A program made the translations under genes and the position numbers. A DNA stretch of 64,000 nt from NCBI GenBank assembly GCA_963740315.1, contig CAVUDP010000001.1, positions 1,120,001 through 1,184,000 on the forward strand, written 5' to 3'. Origin of the DNA: an uncultured cyanobacterium (GTDB lineage: Bacteria; Cyanobacteriota; Cyanobacteriia; Cyanobacteriales; Nostocaceae). The notes under the pieces are model-generated. The model did not search any database. It was not told where the DNA came from and saw nothing but the letters and a program-made list of their open reading frames with translations. This document shows, in pieces, positions 19,878-29,910 of this stretch (its first letter is position 1; every line of letters starts with the position of its first letter).

Positions 19878-20063
19878 AGAAATATTTAAGTAGTAAATGA
19901 ATACAGTTTCAAATTTATTTCATCTTGCATCATTCTTAAATGGGAAAAGTTTGACTTTTGGCTATCTCGAATCCAATTAGAAAGGGAGTGGAACTTATTC
20001 CATCAATCATGTTGCTTTACAGAAAGCTTTTAATAATTTCAACATATCACATAAAGAGAATAT

Positions 20064-21865
20064 ATGAAATTAGATTTTATTTTACAAAAATTGAATAAAA
20101 TAATTTTAAAATTGAAACAAAAAGGAACCAAAAAATTCATATTTTATTTATTTAATAAGATAGGTTTTAATCATAAAAACAAAATAAAATATCAAAGATA
20201 TATAGTTAAAAATACATTAGCAAAAGAAGATATTGTTAATTCTCGAAATCAAATCAAACACTGGAAGCTGAAACCGAAATTTTCAGTAATTATCCCTGTC
20301 TATAATGTGGAAACTCAATGGTTAGAAAAAGCTATTGAATCTGTTCGCAATCAAATCTACGATAATTGGGAAATTTGTATTGCTGATGATGCATCTCCTA
20401 AAAGTGATATTCGTTCTGTACTAAATAAATACAGTCAACTTGACTGCCGTATAAAAGTTATATTTCGTAAACAAAATGGCAACATTTCTGCTGCAAGTAA
20501 CTCTGCTTTAGAGTTAGTAACAGGAGATTATATTGCACTTTTAGACCATGATGATGAATTAGCAATTGATGCTTTATTTGAAAATGCTAAATTAATTAAT
20601 CTTCATCCAGATGCAGATTTTATCTACAGTGACGAAGATAAAATAGATACTAATGGTAAACGCTTTAATCCATTTTTTAAACCAGATTGGTCGCCGGAGT
20701 ACTTTTATTCATGTATGTATACCTGCCATTTAGGTGTTTACAGAACTAGCATTATCCAGGAAATAGGTGGTTTCCGAAGTGAATATGACGGTTCGCAAGA
20801 TTATGACATTTTGTGTTACGAGTCGTCGAAAAGACTAAAAATATCTATCATATACCGAAAATTCTTTATCACTGGCGCACAATAACATCTTCAGCAGCAT
20901 CTGGGGCGGAAGCAAAACCTTGGGCTTATATTGCAGGTCAAAAAGCGCTGCAAGCTATGTTGGAACGTAGTTCTTATCCTGGATATGTAACACAAACAGA
21001 AAACCCAGGTATTTATAGAGTTAGACGTGATATCGTTGGGCAACCTTTAATCAGTATAATTATTACCAATACTTCTAACATAATAAATAATACTCATGCT
21101 TCCTTATCTTCTTTAGAAAATTGTATTCGGAGCATTAAAGAGCTAACTACCTATAATAATTACGAAATTATAGTAGCTACCAGTTTAGATTTGCCGAAAA
21201 CAACTTTAGAAAATATTGCTGCTTGTAATCTACAAATAGTTAAATGTAGTGAATCGTCTAACATTTCAATACGAATTAATGCAGGTACGGCTCAAGCCAA
21301 AGGAGAATTTTTACTGTTGTTAAATGAGAATACAGAAGTAATTACTCCTGAATGGCTCCAATCAATGTTAGAACTTGCACAGCAAACAGAAATTGGTGCG
21401 GTAGGGGCAAAACTTTTATCTCCGAATAAAACAGTACAGCACGTAGGAATAATAATCCTTGAAGGAAATCCTTATCATGCTTTTAACGGTTTTGATGCCG
21501 ATGATGCGGGTTATCATTGCTCAAATATTGTTAATAAAAATTACTTGGCTGTAAGTAGTGCTTGTTTAATGATAAGACAGAAATTATTCCAGGAACTAGG
21601 AAAAATCGATGAAAATTTTTCATTTTACTACTACGATATAGATTTATGTTTAAAAGCTCATCAGACAGGATATAGAAATATCGTCACACCTTATGCTCAA
21701 CTAATTTACAACGAATCAGCTAGTTACGATAAAGCTTTTAAAGCTCAAGAATTGTCAAAATTGCACAAGAGATGGAATAAGTATTTTCATGATTTGAGAA
21801 GTGACCCTTATTATAATATAAATCTAAGTAGTAAATCGGCTAATTTTGAAATTTTTGAAATTTAG
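20064..21865 (+). pseudogene. Double-GT2 glycosyltransferase split by a frameshift at about 20805-20813 (pseudogene or sequencing error)
   Basis: Frame 1 (FSVIIPVYN, LLDHDD, YSDED, GSQDYD) continues in another frame as VLRVVEKT...HIPKILYHWR; these motifs are contiguous in this family; the shift lies in a TTTT run. Confidence 0.8.
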
Positions 21866-21944
21866 TACCATGTAAAAGTAAAATCTCAGAATTTTGGTCT
21901 TTGCCAGATATTGATTCTTGAGATAAAAGAAGAACAAGTAAAAC

Positions 21945-21978
21945 AAGCGCGATACTCTAGCTAAACAGCATCGCGCTT
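21945..21978 (+). terminator. Hairpin downstream of the GT2 gene (possible terminator)
   Basis: AAGCGCGAT...ATCGCGCTT stem about 80 nt after the stop; weak U-tract. Confidence 0.4.
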
Positions 21979-22339
21979 TATCACATTTGAAAAATTTTAA
22001 AAATACTGTTACATTTTTAGCTACAATCAGATATTAGCTTAGTAGTAAAAACTTTAGTTATTAAAGAAAAGCCAACACGGCGCTTGCTATAAATATTTCA
22101 GTCTACTTTAGTAGATTTTGTGTATAAGCCTGGGAATTTATTCCAAGGCGGTTATAAGCACTCCCGCAAGATTAATTTTTAATATTTATCGAACAATTCG
22201 GCAATTTGGCAACTTAAATAAAATAAAACTATCTACAATCGACTGGAATAAATAGAAAACTGGCATCACAGCAGCATCTTAACCAGCTTCAAACAGGGTA
22301 ATAAGTTAACTTGCCGGTTTTTATAATAAGTAGCCTTCA

Positions 22340-23632
22340 TTGTGTATGAATGAAGACATCGCCATCTCTTTGAAAAATGTCTCAAAGTGCTTTCAAAGGT
22401 ATGCTCATCCGGTAGATAGATTAAAGGAAATTTTACTACCTAGTAAAAGCAAAACCTCGCAATTTTGGGCATTAGAAAACGTTGATTTAGAAATACAAAA
22501 AGGACAAACAGTAGGAATTGTTGGCAGAAATGGTTCCGGTAAAAGTACGCTGTTACAAATTATTGCAGGTACTTTAACACCAACCACGGGGGAGGTAGTT
22601 GTCAGGGGTAGGGTATCGGCACTTTTAGAACTTGGGAGTGGTTTTAATCCGGAGTTTACGGGAACTCAAAATGTTTTTTTCAATGCCAGATTGTTGGGGT
22701 TAACTCAACAAGAAATTGAAGATAAATTTGATAATATTGCCGCTTTTGCCGATATCGGTGATTTTATCAAACAGCCCGTAAAAACTTACTCTAGCGGAAT
22801 GTTTGTTCGCTTGGCTTTTGCGGTAGCGGTAAATGTCGATCCGGAAATTTTAATTGTAGATGAAGCGTTAGCAGTTGGGGATATTGTATTCCAACATCGC
22901 TGTATGCGACGGATGCGAAGCATGATGGATAGCGGTGTAACTACGTTATTTGTCTCTCACGATTCTGGTGCAATTAAAACGTTATGCAATTCCGCAGTAA
23001 TGATTGATGCTGGGAAAATTTACACGAATGGTACTCCCAATGATGTCATTATCAAATACATGAAGTTGGTAACAGAGACTGAATTGGGATTAGTTACTCC
23101 GGATAAAGTTGATGATACTGTATCTCAAACTTCAAGCGAAAATTCTGTAGTTATAGAAAAAACTCGCCGAGGAAATCGTAAGGCATTAATTGAAAGTGTA
23201 AAATTATTTCATCAATCCGGAGAGGAAGCCGAAAAAAGTCCTATTTTTGGATTCAAGGAGCGGGTAAAATTAGTTGTTGAAGTGCAAGTTAATCAACAGT
23301 TACAGGGTTGCATTATCGGCTTTTTCCTGTGCGATAAAAACGGAAATGAACTGATTGGTAGTAATACGATTGAAGAAAATCAACCAATTGGAAAATTAGC
23401 ACCAGGAACTAACTTACAAATTGAATTTACATTTAAATTACCATTGCGTCCTAGTTCCTATAGTTTAACGGTAGCTGGTGCAGAAAACTATACGGCAATG
23501 ACTTTTGATTGGATTGATAACGCGATCGTTTTTCAGGTATTACCGCCAGATACGGGAAAGCGGATTCATGCTTTGGTAGATACACCAATAAGCGTAAAGG
23601 TATTGCAGCAAAATTTACCAACAAGTGCATAG
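22340..23632 (+). CDS. wzt: Polysaccharide ABC exporter ATPase Wzt with C-terminal carbohydrate-binding (Wzt_C) domain
   Basis: GRNGSGKST, YSSGMFVRLAF, LIVDEALAVGD, plus a beta-rich C-terminal extension; likely start ATG 22346. Confidence 0.92.
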   Translation: MCMNEDIAISLKNVSKCFQRYAHPVDRLKEILLPSKSKTSQFWALENVDLEIQKGQTVGIVGRNGSGKSTLLQIIAGTLTPTTGEVVVRGRVSALLELGSGFNPEFTGTQNVFFNARLLGLTQQEIEDKFDNIAAFADIGDFIKQPVKTYSSGMFVRLAFAVAVNVDPEILIVDEALAVGDIVFQHRCMRRMRSMMDSGVTTLFVSHDSGAIKTLCNSAVMIDAGKIYTNGTPNDVIIKYMKLVTETELGLVTPDKVDDTVSQTSSENSVVIEKTRRGNRKALIESVKLFHQSGEEAEKSPIFGFKERVKLVVEVQVNQQLQGCIIGFFLCDKNGNELIGSNTIEENQPIGKLAPGTNLQIEFTFKLPLRPSSYSLTVAGAENYTAMTFDWIDNAIVFQVLPPDTGKRIHALVDTPISVKVLQQNLPTSA

Positions 23633-24854
23633 TGTTATGAATGCTGACTTGGAGAAAGATTATCCTTCATTAGTAAATTTGTCAGAAATTGATTTAGATG
23701 ACAATAGCAGTTTAAAGAAAATGTTGTGCTTGATAGGAGAAAACAAGCGCGTTATCGATTTTGGTTGTGCTACAGGTTATTTTGCTCGCTTACTTACTAA
23801 TAGAGGTTGTGAAGTTATTGGGGTAGAGGTGAATCCCAAAGCGGCAAAAGTTGCTAAAAAGTATTGCGACAAAGTTATTGTTGCCGATCTAGATTTTGTA
23901 TCTTTAAATGATATTTTATCAAAACATATTTTAGATAAAAAATTTGATGTTGCTGTATTTGGTGATGTTTTAGAACATCTACGCAATCCTTGGAAGGTAT
24001 TAGAAGAAACTCGAAATATATTAGAACTTCAAGGATATGTAGTTGCTTCTATTCCTAATATTGCTCATGGGGCAATTAGACTTGCTTTATTACAAGGAAA
24101 TTTTGAATATAAGCAGTTAGGTATTTTAGATAATACGCATCTGAGATTTTTTACCCGTAAAACAGTTGAAGAGTTATTTGAAGATTCGGGATATCTAATA
24201 GATGCGATCGCGCCAACTAAGCTACCTATTTATTCTAATTCAGAATTGATTCCAGCTATTGAAAAAAATAATTTCGATAAAAACATTACTTACGAAATTG
24301 AACAAGATGAAGATGCGGATACATTACAGTTTGTGATCCGAGCATATCCTATTACTTTAGAAAGTAAGTATACGGCTTTGCATAAACAGTATTTTGAAGT
24401 TGTTGAACAATTGAAAAAATCTGAAACTCAGTTAAATAATCTGCGGATAGAATTACAAGAATCAAAATTCCAGTTTCAAGCTAAACATACCGAATTTGAG
24501 CGATCGCAAACTCAACTACATCAAACCAAAATACAACTTGAAGACGCAGAAGTTCAGCTACAGCAAACTCAAGTTGATTTTAAAGAAGTACAAAATCAAT
24601 TTCAACACAATCAAAGAAAACTAGAAGAAACGCAAAATCAGTTAAAGCGAAAACAATCAGAATTACAGCAAGAACAAATTCAGCTACAGCAAATACAACA
24701 GCAATGGGAAGACAATCAAATTAAGTTACAACAAGCCCACGCAGGGTGGGAACATTGCCAGCAAATTATTCAAGCGATGGAAACCAGTAAATTTTGGAAG
24801 TTACGCCAAAGTTGGTTTCAATTCAAGCATTCTGTAGGTTTGAAAGCTGAATGA
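23625..24854 (+). CDS. SAM-dependent methyltransferase with long Gln-rich coiled coil and METSKFW tag (WbdD-like architecture)
   Basis: VIDFGCATG, GDVLEHL, SIPNIAH, GILDNTHLRFFT; heptad-rich C-terminal third. Confidence 0.85.
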   Translation: MHSVMNADLEKDYPSLVNLSEIDLDDNSSLKKMLCLIGENKRVIDFGCATGYFARLLTNRGCEVIGVEVNPKAAKVAKKYCDKVIVADLDFVSLNDILSKHILDKKFDVAVFGDVLEHLRNPWKVLEETRNILELQGYVVASIPNIAHGAIRLALLQGNFEYKQLGILDNTHLRFFTRKTVEELFEDSGYLIDAIAPTKLPIYSNSELIPAIEKNNFDKNITYEIEQDEDADTLQFVIRAYPITLESKYTALHKQYFEVVEQLKKSETQLNNLRIELQESKFQFQAKHTEFERSQTQLHQTKIQLEDAEVQLQQTQVDFKEVQNQFQHNQRKLEETQNQLKRKQSELQQEQIQLQQIQQQWEDNQIKLQQAHAGWEHCQQIIQAMETSKFWKLRQSWFQFKHSVGLKAE

Positions 24855-24866
24855 ATTTACAAATTC

Positions 24867-25143
24867 GTAGTGCGAGCATCTTGCTCGCTATCAAAAATTC
24901 GTAGTGCGAGCATCTTGCTCGCTATCAAAAATCAGTAGTGCGAGCATCTTGCCTGCTGGATAAATTATCAAAAATTCGTAGTGCGAGCATCTTGCTCGCT
25001 GGATAAATCGTCACAAATCGCTGGATAAATTATCAAAAATCAGTAGTGCGAGCATCTTGCTCGCTATAAAAAATTCGTAGTGCGAGCATCTTGCCTGCTG
25101 GATAAATTATCAAAAATTCGTAGTGCGAGCATCTTGCTCGCTG
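24867..25143 (+). repeat. Seven copies of the GTAG-headed palindrome GTAGTGCGAGCATCTTGCTCGC (REP-like cluster)
   Basis: Copies start at 24867, 24901, 24935, 24978, 25043, 25077 and 25120; linkers are short and themselves repeated. Confidence 0.9.
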
Positions 25144-25204
25144 GATAAATCCTTACAAATTGTTAGATAAATCGTAATGTATTTTTGGATAAATAAACAG
25201 GTAG

Positions 25205-25365
25205 CAAGTTGCAAATACTACAGGGCTAAAGCCCTTACTACGAACAATATGCAAACACTATGGGGCTAAAGCCCTTACTACGAACAATATGCAAACACTA
25301 TGGGGCTAAAGCCCTTACTACGAGCAAGATGTAAACACTATAGGGCTAAAGCCCTTACTACGAAC
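25205..25365 (-). repeat. Four 40-bp tandem units containing GGGCTAAAGCCCTTACTACGA (REP-like, GTAG on the minus strand)
   Basis: Cores at 25223, 25263, 25303 and 25343; the reverse complement matches the element at 4296-4320. Confidence 0.9.
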
Positions 25366-25388
25366 AAAAGTAACTTATATATGAAGTC

Positions 25389-26603
25389 ATGATTAGTCAC
25401 GAAAAAAAAATCCAGTTAGTTTTAAATCAAGAGATATTAAATCATCGCCACTCTCAAATATTAACTAATCATCACGAGTTGGAAAAAAAGTATTTTCAGC
25501 AAGTGATAAATCGCCAAGTACCGCTTTCTCAACCTTTACAAATAAAAAAATCAAATTATAACTTAGAAGAAAAACGATTGTTAGTTATCTCGCGCTTACA
25601 GGCTGCTAATCTTTGTAAAAGTAAAGGCTACAATCCTTGGCAATTATTCTCAAATCAAGCATATAAAACCTGTCAAAATCCTTGTATAACAGTTGTTATC
25701 ACGCTTTATAATTATTCAAAATATATTTACGAATGCTTAGATAGTGTAGCTCAATCTGAGATTTCTAATTTACCAGGGAATATAGAGGTATTAGTAATTG
25801 ATGATTGCTCTACCGATAATTCTGCAACTCTTGTTGAAGAGTATTTAGGGAAATCTAATTTACCAATCTGTTTGGTAAAAAAATGGTTTAATACAGGTTT
25901 AGCCGATGCCCGAAATGTTGGTTTAGAATTAGCTCGTTCTCCTTATGTATTTATTTTAGACGCTGATAATTGGATTTATCCCCACTGTTTGACAACTCTT
26001 TACGATAAAATTAAAACTTCAAATTATGCCGCTGTTTATGCAGAAATTAGTCAATTTGATAACGATACAAGAAAAGAATTAAGTAGACTTTCTTGTCATG
26101 AATGGAATGTGAATAAGTTAGTTAAACAACCATATATTGATGCTATGGCTATGTTTAACAAAGATATTTTACTTAAAGTCGGGGGATATTCTACAGATTT
26201 AATCGAGTATGGTTGGTTTGGATGGGATGATTATGATGTTTGGTTAAAATTAGCTCAGTCTAACTATTCCTGTAAGTTTGTTCCTAAAGTATTAAGTGCA
26301 TATAGAGTTCATTCAACTTCGATGATAAATACCACGAATAAATATGCACTCAATCTTGCTAAATATTTTTGTCATAAATTTGCTGATATTGCTCAAAAAC
26401 ATCAAACATCTGAGATGATATTTGGATTTATTCAAAGCGAACTATATTTACAAGATGATTGTATTCAAGATAATTCAGACTTATTATACGAATTACAATT
26501 TTGTCGTACCCAAATTGCTGCCATGAAATCAAGTAAATTTTGGAAGTTAAGAAATAAATGGCTGAAGCTAAAAAGTTTTTTAGGGTTATTAAAAAATAAT
26601 TAA
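25389..26603 (+). CDS. GT2 glycosyltransferase with MKSSKFW tag
   Basis: VVITLYNY, IDDCSTD, NTGLADARNVG, FILDAD, GWDDYD. Confidence 0.88.
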   Translation: MISHEKKIQLVLNQEILNHRHSQILTNHHELEKKYFQQVINRQVPLSQPLQIKKSNYNLEEKRLLVISRLQAANLCKSKGYNPWQLFSNQAYKTCQNPCITVVITLYNYSKYIYECLDSVAQSEISNLPGNIEVLVIDDCSTDNSATLVEEYLGKSNLPICLVKKWFNTGLADARNVGLELARSPYVFILDADNWIYPHCLTTLYDKIKTSNYAAVYAEISQFDNDTRKELSRLSCHEWNVNKLVKQPYIDAMAMFNKDILLKVGGYSTDLIEYGWFGWDDYDVWLKLAQSNYSCKFVPKVLSAYRVHSTSMINTTNKYALNLAKYFCHKFADIAQKHQTSEMIFGFIQSELYLQDDCIQDNSDLLYELQFCRTQIAAMKSSKFWKLRNKWLKLKSFLGLLKNN

Positions 26604-26608
26604 TTCTA

Positions 26609-27544
26609 ATGTTAAATTATAATTACAAAATTGCAGCTTACATTACTGCTTATGAAGATATTGAAGCGCTCCATAAAACAATTGCTGCGATACAAAAACA
26701 GTCGTATCCAATCTTAAAAATATTCATTGTAGATAATTCCCAAAATCCAATTATTTCAGAAACCGATTACCAAAATCTCATCATTGAATCTCACCCCAAA
26801 AATATAGGAGTTGATGGGGGAGTAAACATCGCCATAAAATGGGCTATAGAAAAATATGATTTTATTTGGCTTTTCGATCAAGATAGCGAGCCAGTATCTG
26901 ATAGCTTAGAAATTTTATTAACTAAATATCAAGAATTATCTGCAAAAAACCACAATATCGGTATTATTGCTCCTCAAATACTCGATATCAATACCTTACA
27001 AGAATTTCCAGGATATATTTTTCAAGATTATAAATTTGTACCTAAACCTGAACACAGTCAAATCCAAGATTATTATACTTGTGATGGTGTAATTACATCG
27101 GGTTCTCTTGTTAATTTAAGTGTAGCTAAATCCGTTGAACTTCCTAAAGGTAATTTGTTTCTTGATGCAGCAGATTACGCTTATTGCATGAATTTTAGAG
27201 GTCAAGGTTATGAAGTGATTGTAGTCAAAAGTACTAAGCTACCTCATCGTCTTGGTAAATATTCCCAAGTCAAAGATAGACTATCTAAAACAAATAACGA
27301 AGTTATAACTTTTACTTGTTCGCCATCTCGTTACTACTATGCCTGTCGAAATCATACTTATTTTGAAACTCGTCAATCAAATAAGCAAATGTTACATTTT
27401 TGTATTGTTCATCGATTCAAATTTCTAATGAATATGATAATTAGAGTTATACGTTACGAACCAAATTTGGTTTTTATCAAGGTATGGGCTTGTACTTTCG
27501 GAACTTTTGACGGTTTTAGGGGTAGACTTGGTAAAATTTGGTAA
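26609..27544 (+). CDS. GT2 glycosyltransferase, rhamnosyltransferase-like
   Basis: IVDNS, WLFDQDS, ITSGSL, LFLD-x-x-DY, H-x-LG, RYYYACRN. Confidence 0.85.
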   Translation: MLNYNYKIAAYITAYEDIEALHKTIAAIQKQSYPILKIFIVDNSQNPIISETDYQNLIIESHPKNIGVDGGVNIAIKWAIEKYDFIWLFDQDSEPVSDSLEILLTKYQELSAKNHNIGIIAPQILDINTLQEFPGYIFQDYKFVPKPEHSQIQDYYTCDGVITSGSLVNLSVAKSVELPKGNLFLDAADYAYCMNFRGQGYEVIVVKSTKLPHRLGKYSQVKDRLSKTNNEVITFTCSPSRYYYACRNHTYFETRQSNKQMLHFCIVHRFKFLMNMIIRVIRYEPNLVFIKVWACTFGTFDGFRGRLGKIW

Positions 27545-27637
27545 AGTTATGATTTTTGTAACTTAAAATTATTTTTAACAAATTTTATGACCAAACAGCA
27601 GTAAGATACAAATTCAGGAATAGTTAATGATAAATAC

Positions 27638-28183
27638 ATGAAAATCATTTCTGCTGAAATTCCTGATGTTCTAATTATTGAACCGCAAGTATTTCACGAT
27701 GAGCGCGGCTTTTTCTTTGAAGCTTTTAATTTAAAAAAATTTACTCAGAAAACGGGTATTAATGTTAACTTCGTTCAAGATAACCATTCTTACTCAAAAC
27801 AGAACGTACTGCGCGGTTTGCATTACCAAATCGTACAGCCACAAGGAAAATTAGTACGGGCGGTTGTTGGTAATATATTTGACGTGGCGGTTGATATTAG
27901 AAAAAGTTCTCCTACTTTTGGTGAATGGGTGGGTTGTGAAATCAGCGCCCAAAATCAGCGTCAAATATGGATACCATCAGGTTTTGCTCATGGTTTCGTC
28001 GTCATGTCCGAAGTTGCTGAAGTTCTTTACAAAACTACAGATTATTATTCACCTCAAGGAGAGCGTACCATCCTTTGGAACGATAACGATTTAGATATAA
28101 ATTGGCAAATAGATGCTTCACCCATTATTTCTGCAAAAGATGCAGCAGGTAAACCGTTAAAAATGGCTGAGGTTTTCCCTTAA
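27638..28183 (+). CDS. rfbC: dTDP-4-dehydrorhamnose 3,5-epimerase
   Basis: DERGFFFE, FVQDNHS, LRGLHYQ, DVAVDIR, GFAHGF. Confidence 0.97.
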   Translation: MKIISAEIPDVLIIEPQVFHDERGFFFEAFNLKKFTQKTGINVNFVQDNHSYSKQNVLRGLHYQIVQPQGKLVRAVVGNIFDVAVDIRKSSPTFGEWVGCEISAQNQRQIWIPSGFAHGFVVMSEVAEVLYKTTDYYSPQGERTILWNDNDLDINWQIDASPIISAKDAAGKPLKMAEVFP

Positions 28184-28481
28184 TGCAGAAAAAATTAATC
28201 TTACTACATCGGCATTGAAAATTGTAATTTGGACAAGGCAGTAGGCAGTAGGCAATAGACAGTAGGGATGATTAGAGGTTGATTTACCCGAATGTTACCG
28301 CCGTTATGTTTATTTCTGCCAACTTACTTTGCTGCCAACAATTGATTAATTTCACCGGAGGGCACCTGTGTTAAAAACCGGGAATTATTTGGTGCGATCG
28401 CTAATAAATCGGGTTTCTTCGGGCTTTTTGCTCGTGGTGCTTTCGGGTGATTTAATTGATTCGTCGTGAAATCAAAACTTT

Positions 28482-28512
28482 TGTAGAGACGCGATATTAT
28501 CAACGTCTCTAC
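28482..28512. repeat. GTAGAGACG...CGTCTCTAC palindrome (REP/SDR-like); related copy at about 47039-47066
   Basis: Inverted arms GTAGAGACG / CGTCTCTAC. Confidence 0.65.
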
Positions 28513-28533
28513 ATCATGTCGGCATTACAAATA

Positions 28534-29910
28534 TCAGCCAGAAACTACAGCACCAAAATCCTGAGTCCAATAAGTGTTGTAATTTACCTCTCCGGTGTCA
28601 TTCTCTAAATAATGATATCCAACCCCCATTTCTAGATAATTGGGATTGAGAATATTTTCGCGATGCCCTGGGCTATTTATCCAACCTCTAACAACTTCTT
28701 CCGGTGTAATGTAGCCAGCCGCAATATTTTCTCCGACAAAATACGATTCATAACCCGCCAATTGAGTGCGATCGCTAACTTTGCTATTGTCGGAACCCGT
28801 ATGGCTAAAGAAGTCGCTCAAAGCCATGTCTTCACTGTGTGTTTGAGCCGAATTAGATAGATTGCTATTCAAAGTTAGAGGCTGCAAACCATATTCACCG
28901 CGATAAGAGTTCGTCAATCTGACTACTTCATCAATTAGAGGATTACTTTCAATAGGAGTTGATGCAGATTGAGGTGTCGCAGAGATTGGCGTAGCTGGTA
29001 CAGGCGTAGATTCATTCAAAACTATAGTTTTAGATTCATCTTCGATTGGCATCACAGACAGGCTCAAATTATAGTTAGTATCTGGTGCTTCGTTTACTTG
29101 CATAATCCGAACATAGTAAGCACCGGCTTCCAAATTACTAACACTCAACGATTCGTCGATGTTACCGGGGTTGGCTGCACGAGCGATAATTTCGCCACTA
29201 CCCCCCAGCAACTCTAAATCAGCATCTGCATTCAAACCGCTAATTCCTAGTTCGAGATTATTGTTGGAATTAGTCAAATTCAAACTATAGAAGTCGTCGC
29301 TGTCATTTCCTACAGAGTCTCTAAAAATTATCTCGCCAGAGTCTAAAGCTATTGTGCGGGCAGTATCTAAGGTATTTCCTGCACCATCGCTTTCGATGTA
29401 TTCGCTAGCCGCAAGTCCATTACTCAAACTTTCAATGACAAAATAATTAAATGCTTCTCTGTAGTTACTTCCAAAAACTTGAGCAACATCCGGATTACTG
29501 GCTAAATAAGTCTTGACATCGAAAAGCGGTGAAGATGAGCGCCCCTCATCCATACCGTTATTTGTCAAGTGAGTGAATAGTTCTTCGTTATTAAAATTAG
29601 CTAAATCGATATTACTTTCGCGGTAGAATTCTAAATCAACAAGTGAAGAGAATTGCCGCCCTTGACTGACACCATAATTTACTAGATGTTCGTAAGCTTG
29701 TCTATTATTCAAGTCAGCTAAATCGCTGTTACTAGAACGATAGAAATCTAAATCGACTAAAGGTGAAAACTCTAGACCATTTTCCAAACCATAATTCTTG
29801 AAATGCGACCATGCTTGTTTATCACTCAAGCCATTCAAATCTGAATTAGCAGAGCGATAGAAGTTAGCATCAAATAAATTAATGGGCATAGGATTATTAG
29901 GGAACAACAC
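28534..29910 (-). CDS. Extracellular-type protein: four about 35-aa FY-x-x-x-N-x-DL repeats, PPC-like domain, P/T/S linker, CAP (SCP) domain
   Basis: FDANFYRSANSDL-type repeats; DDFY...ADLEL...GAYYVRI; CAP motifs HSEDMA, FFSHTGSD, GENIAAG, WINSPGHRENIL, YWTQDFG. Confidence 0.85.
   Translation of the reverse strand: MLFPNNPMPINLFDANFYRSANSDLNGLSDKQAWSHFKNYGLENGLEFSPLVDLDFYRSSNSDLADLNNRQAYEHLVNYGVSQGRQFSSLVDLEFYRESNIDLANFNNEELFTHLTNNGMDEGRSSSPLFDVKTYLASNPDVAQVFGSNYREAFNYFVIESLSNGLAASEYIESDGAGNTLDTARTIALDSGEIIFRDSVGNDSDDFYSLNLTNSNNNLELGISGLNADADLELLGGSGEIIARAANPGNIDESLSVSNLEAGAYYVRIMQVNEAPDTNYNLSLSVMPIEDESKTIVLNESTPVPATPISATPQSASTPIESNPLIDEVVRLTNSYRGEYGLQPLTLNSNLSNSAQTHSEDMALSDFFSHTGSDNSKVSDRTQLAGYESYFVGENIAAGYITPEEVVRGWINSPGHRENILNPNYLEMGVGYHYLENDTGEVNYNTYWTQDFGAVVSG

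Noticed and set aside
24867..25365. Possible CRISPR array
   Set aside because: Intervening sequences are mostly about 10-20 nt, irregular and repeated rather than unique. No cas genes are nearby, the repeats are GTAG-headed palindromes, and one of the two motifs recurs elsewhere in the window.
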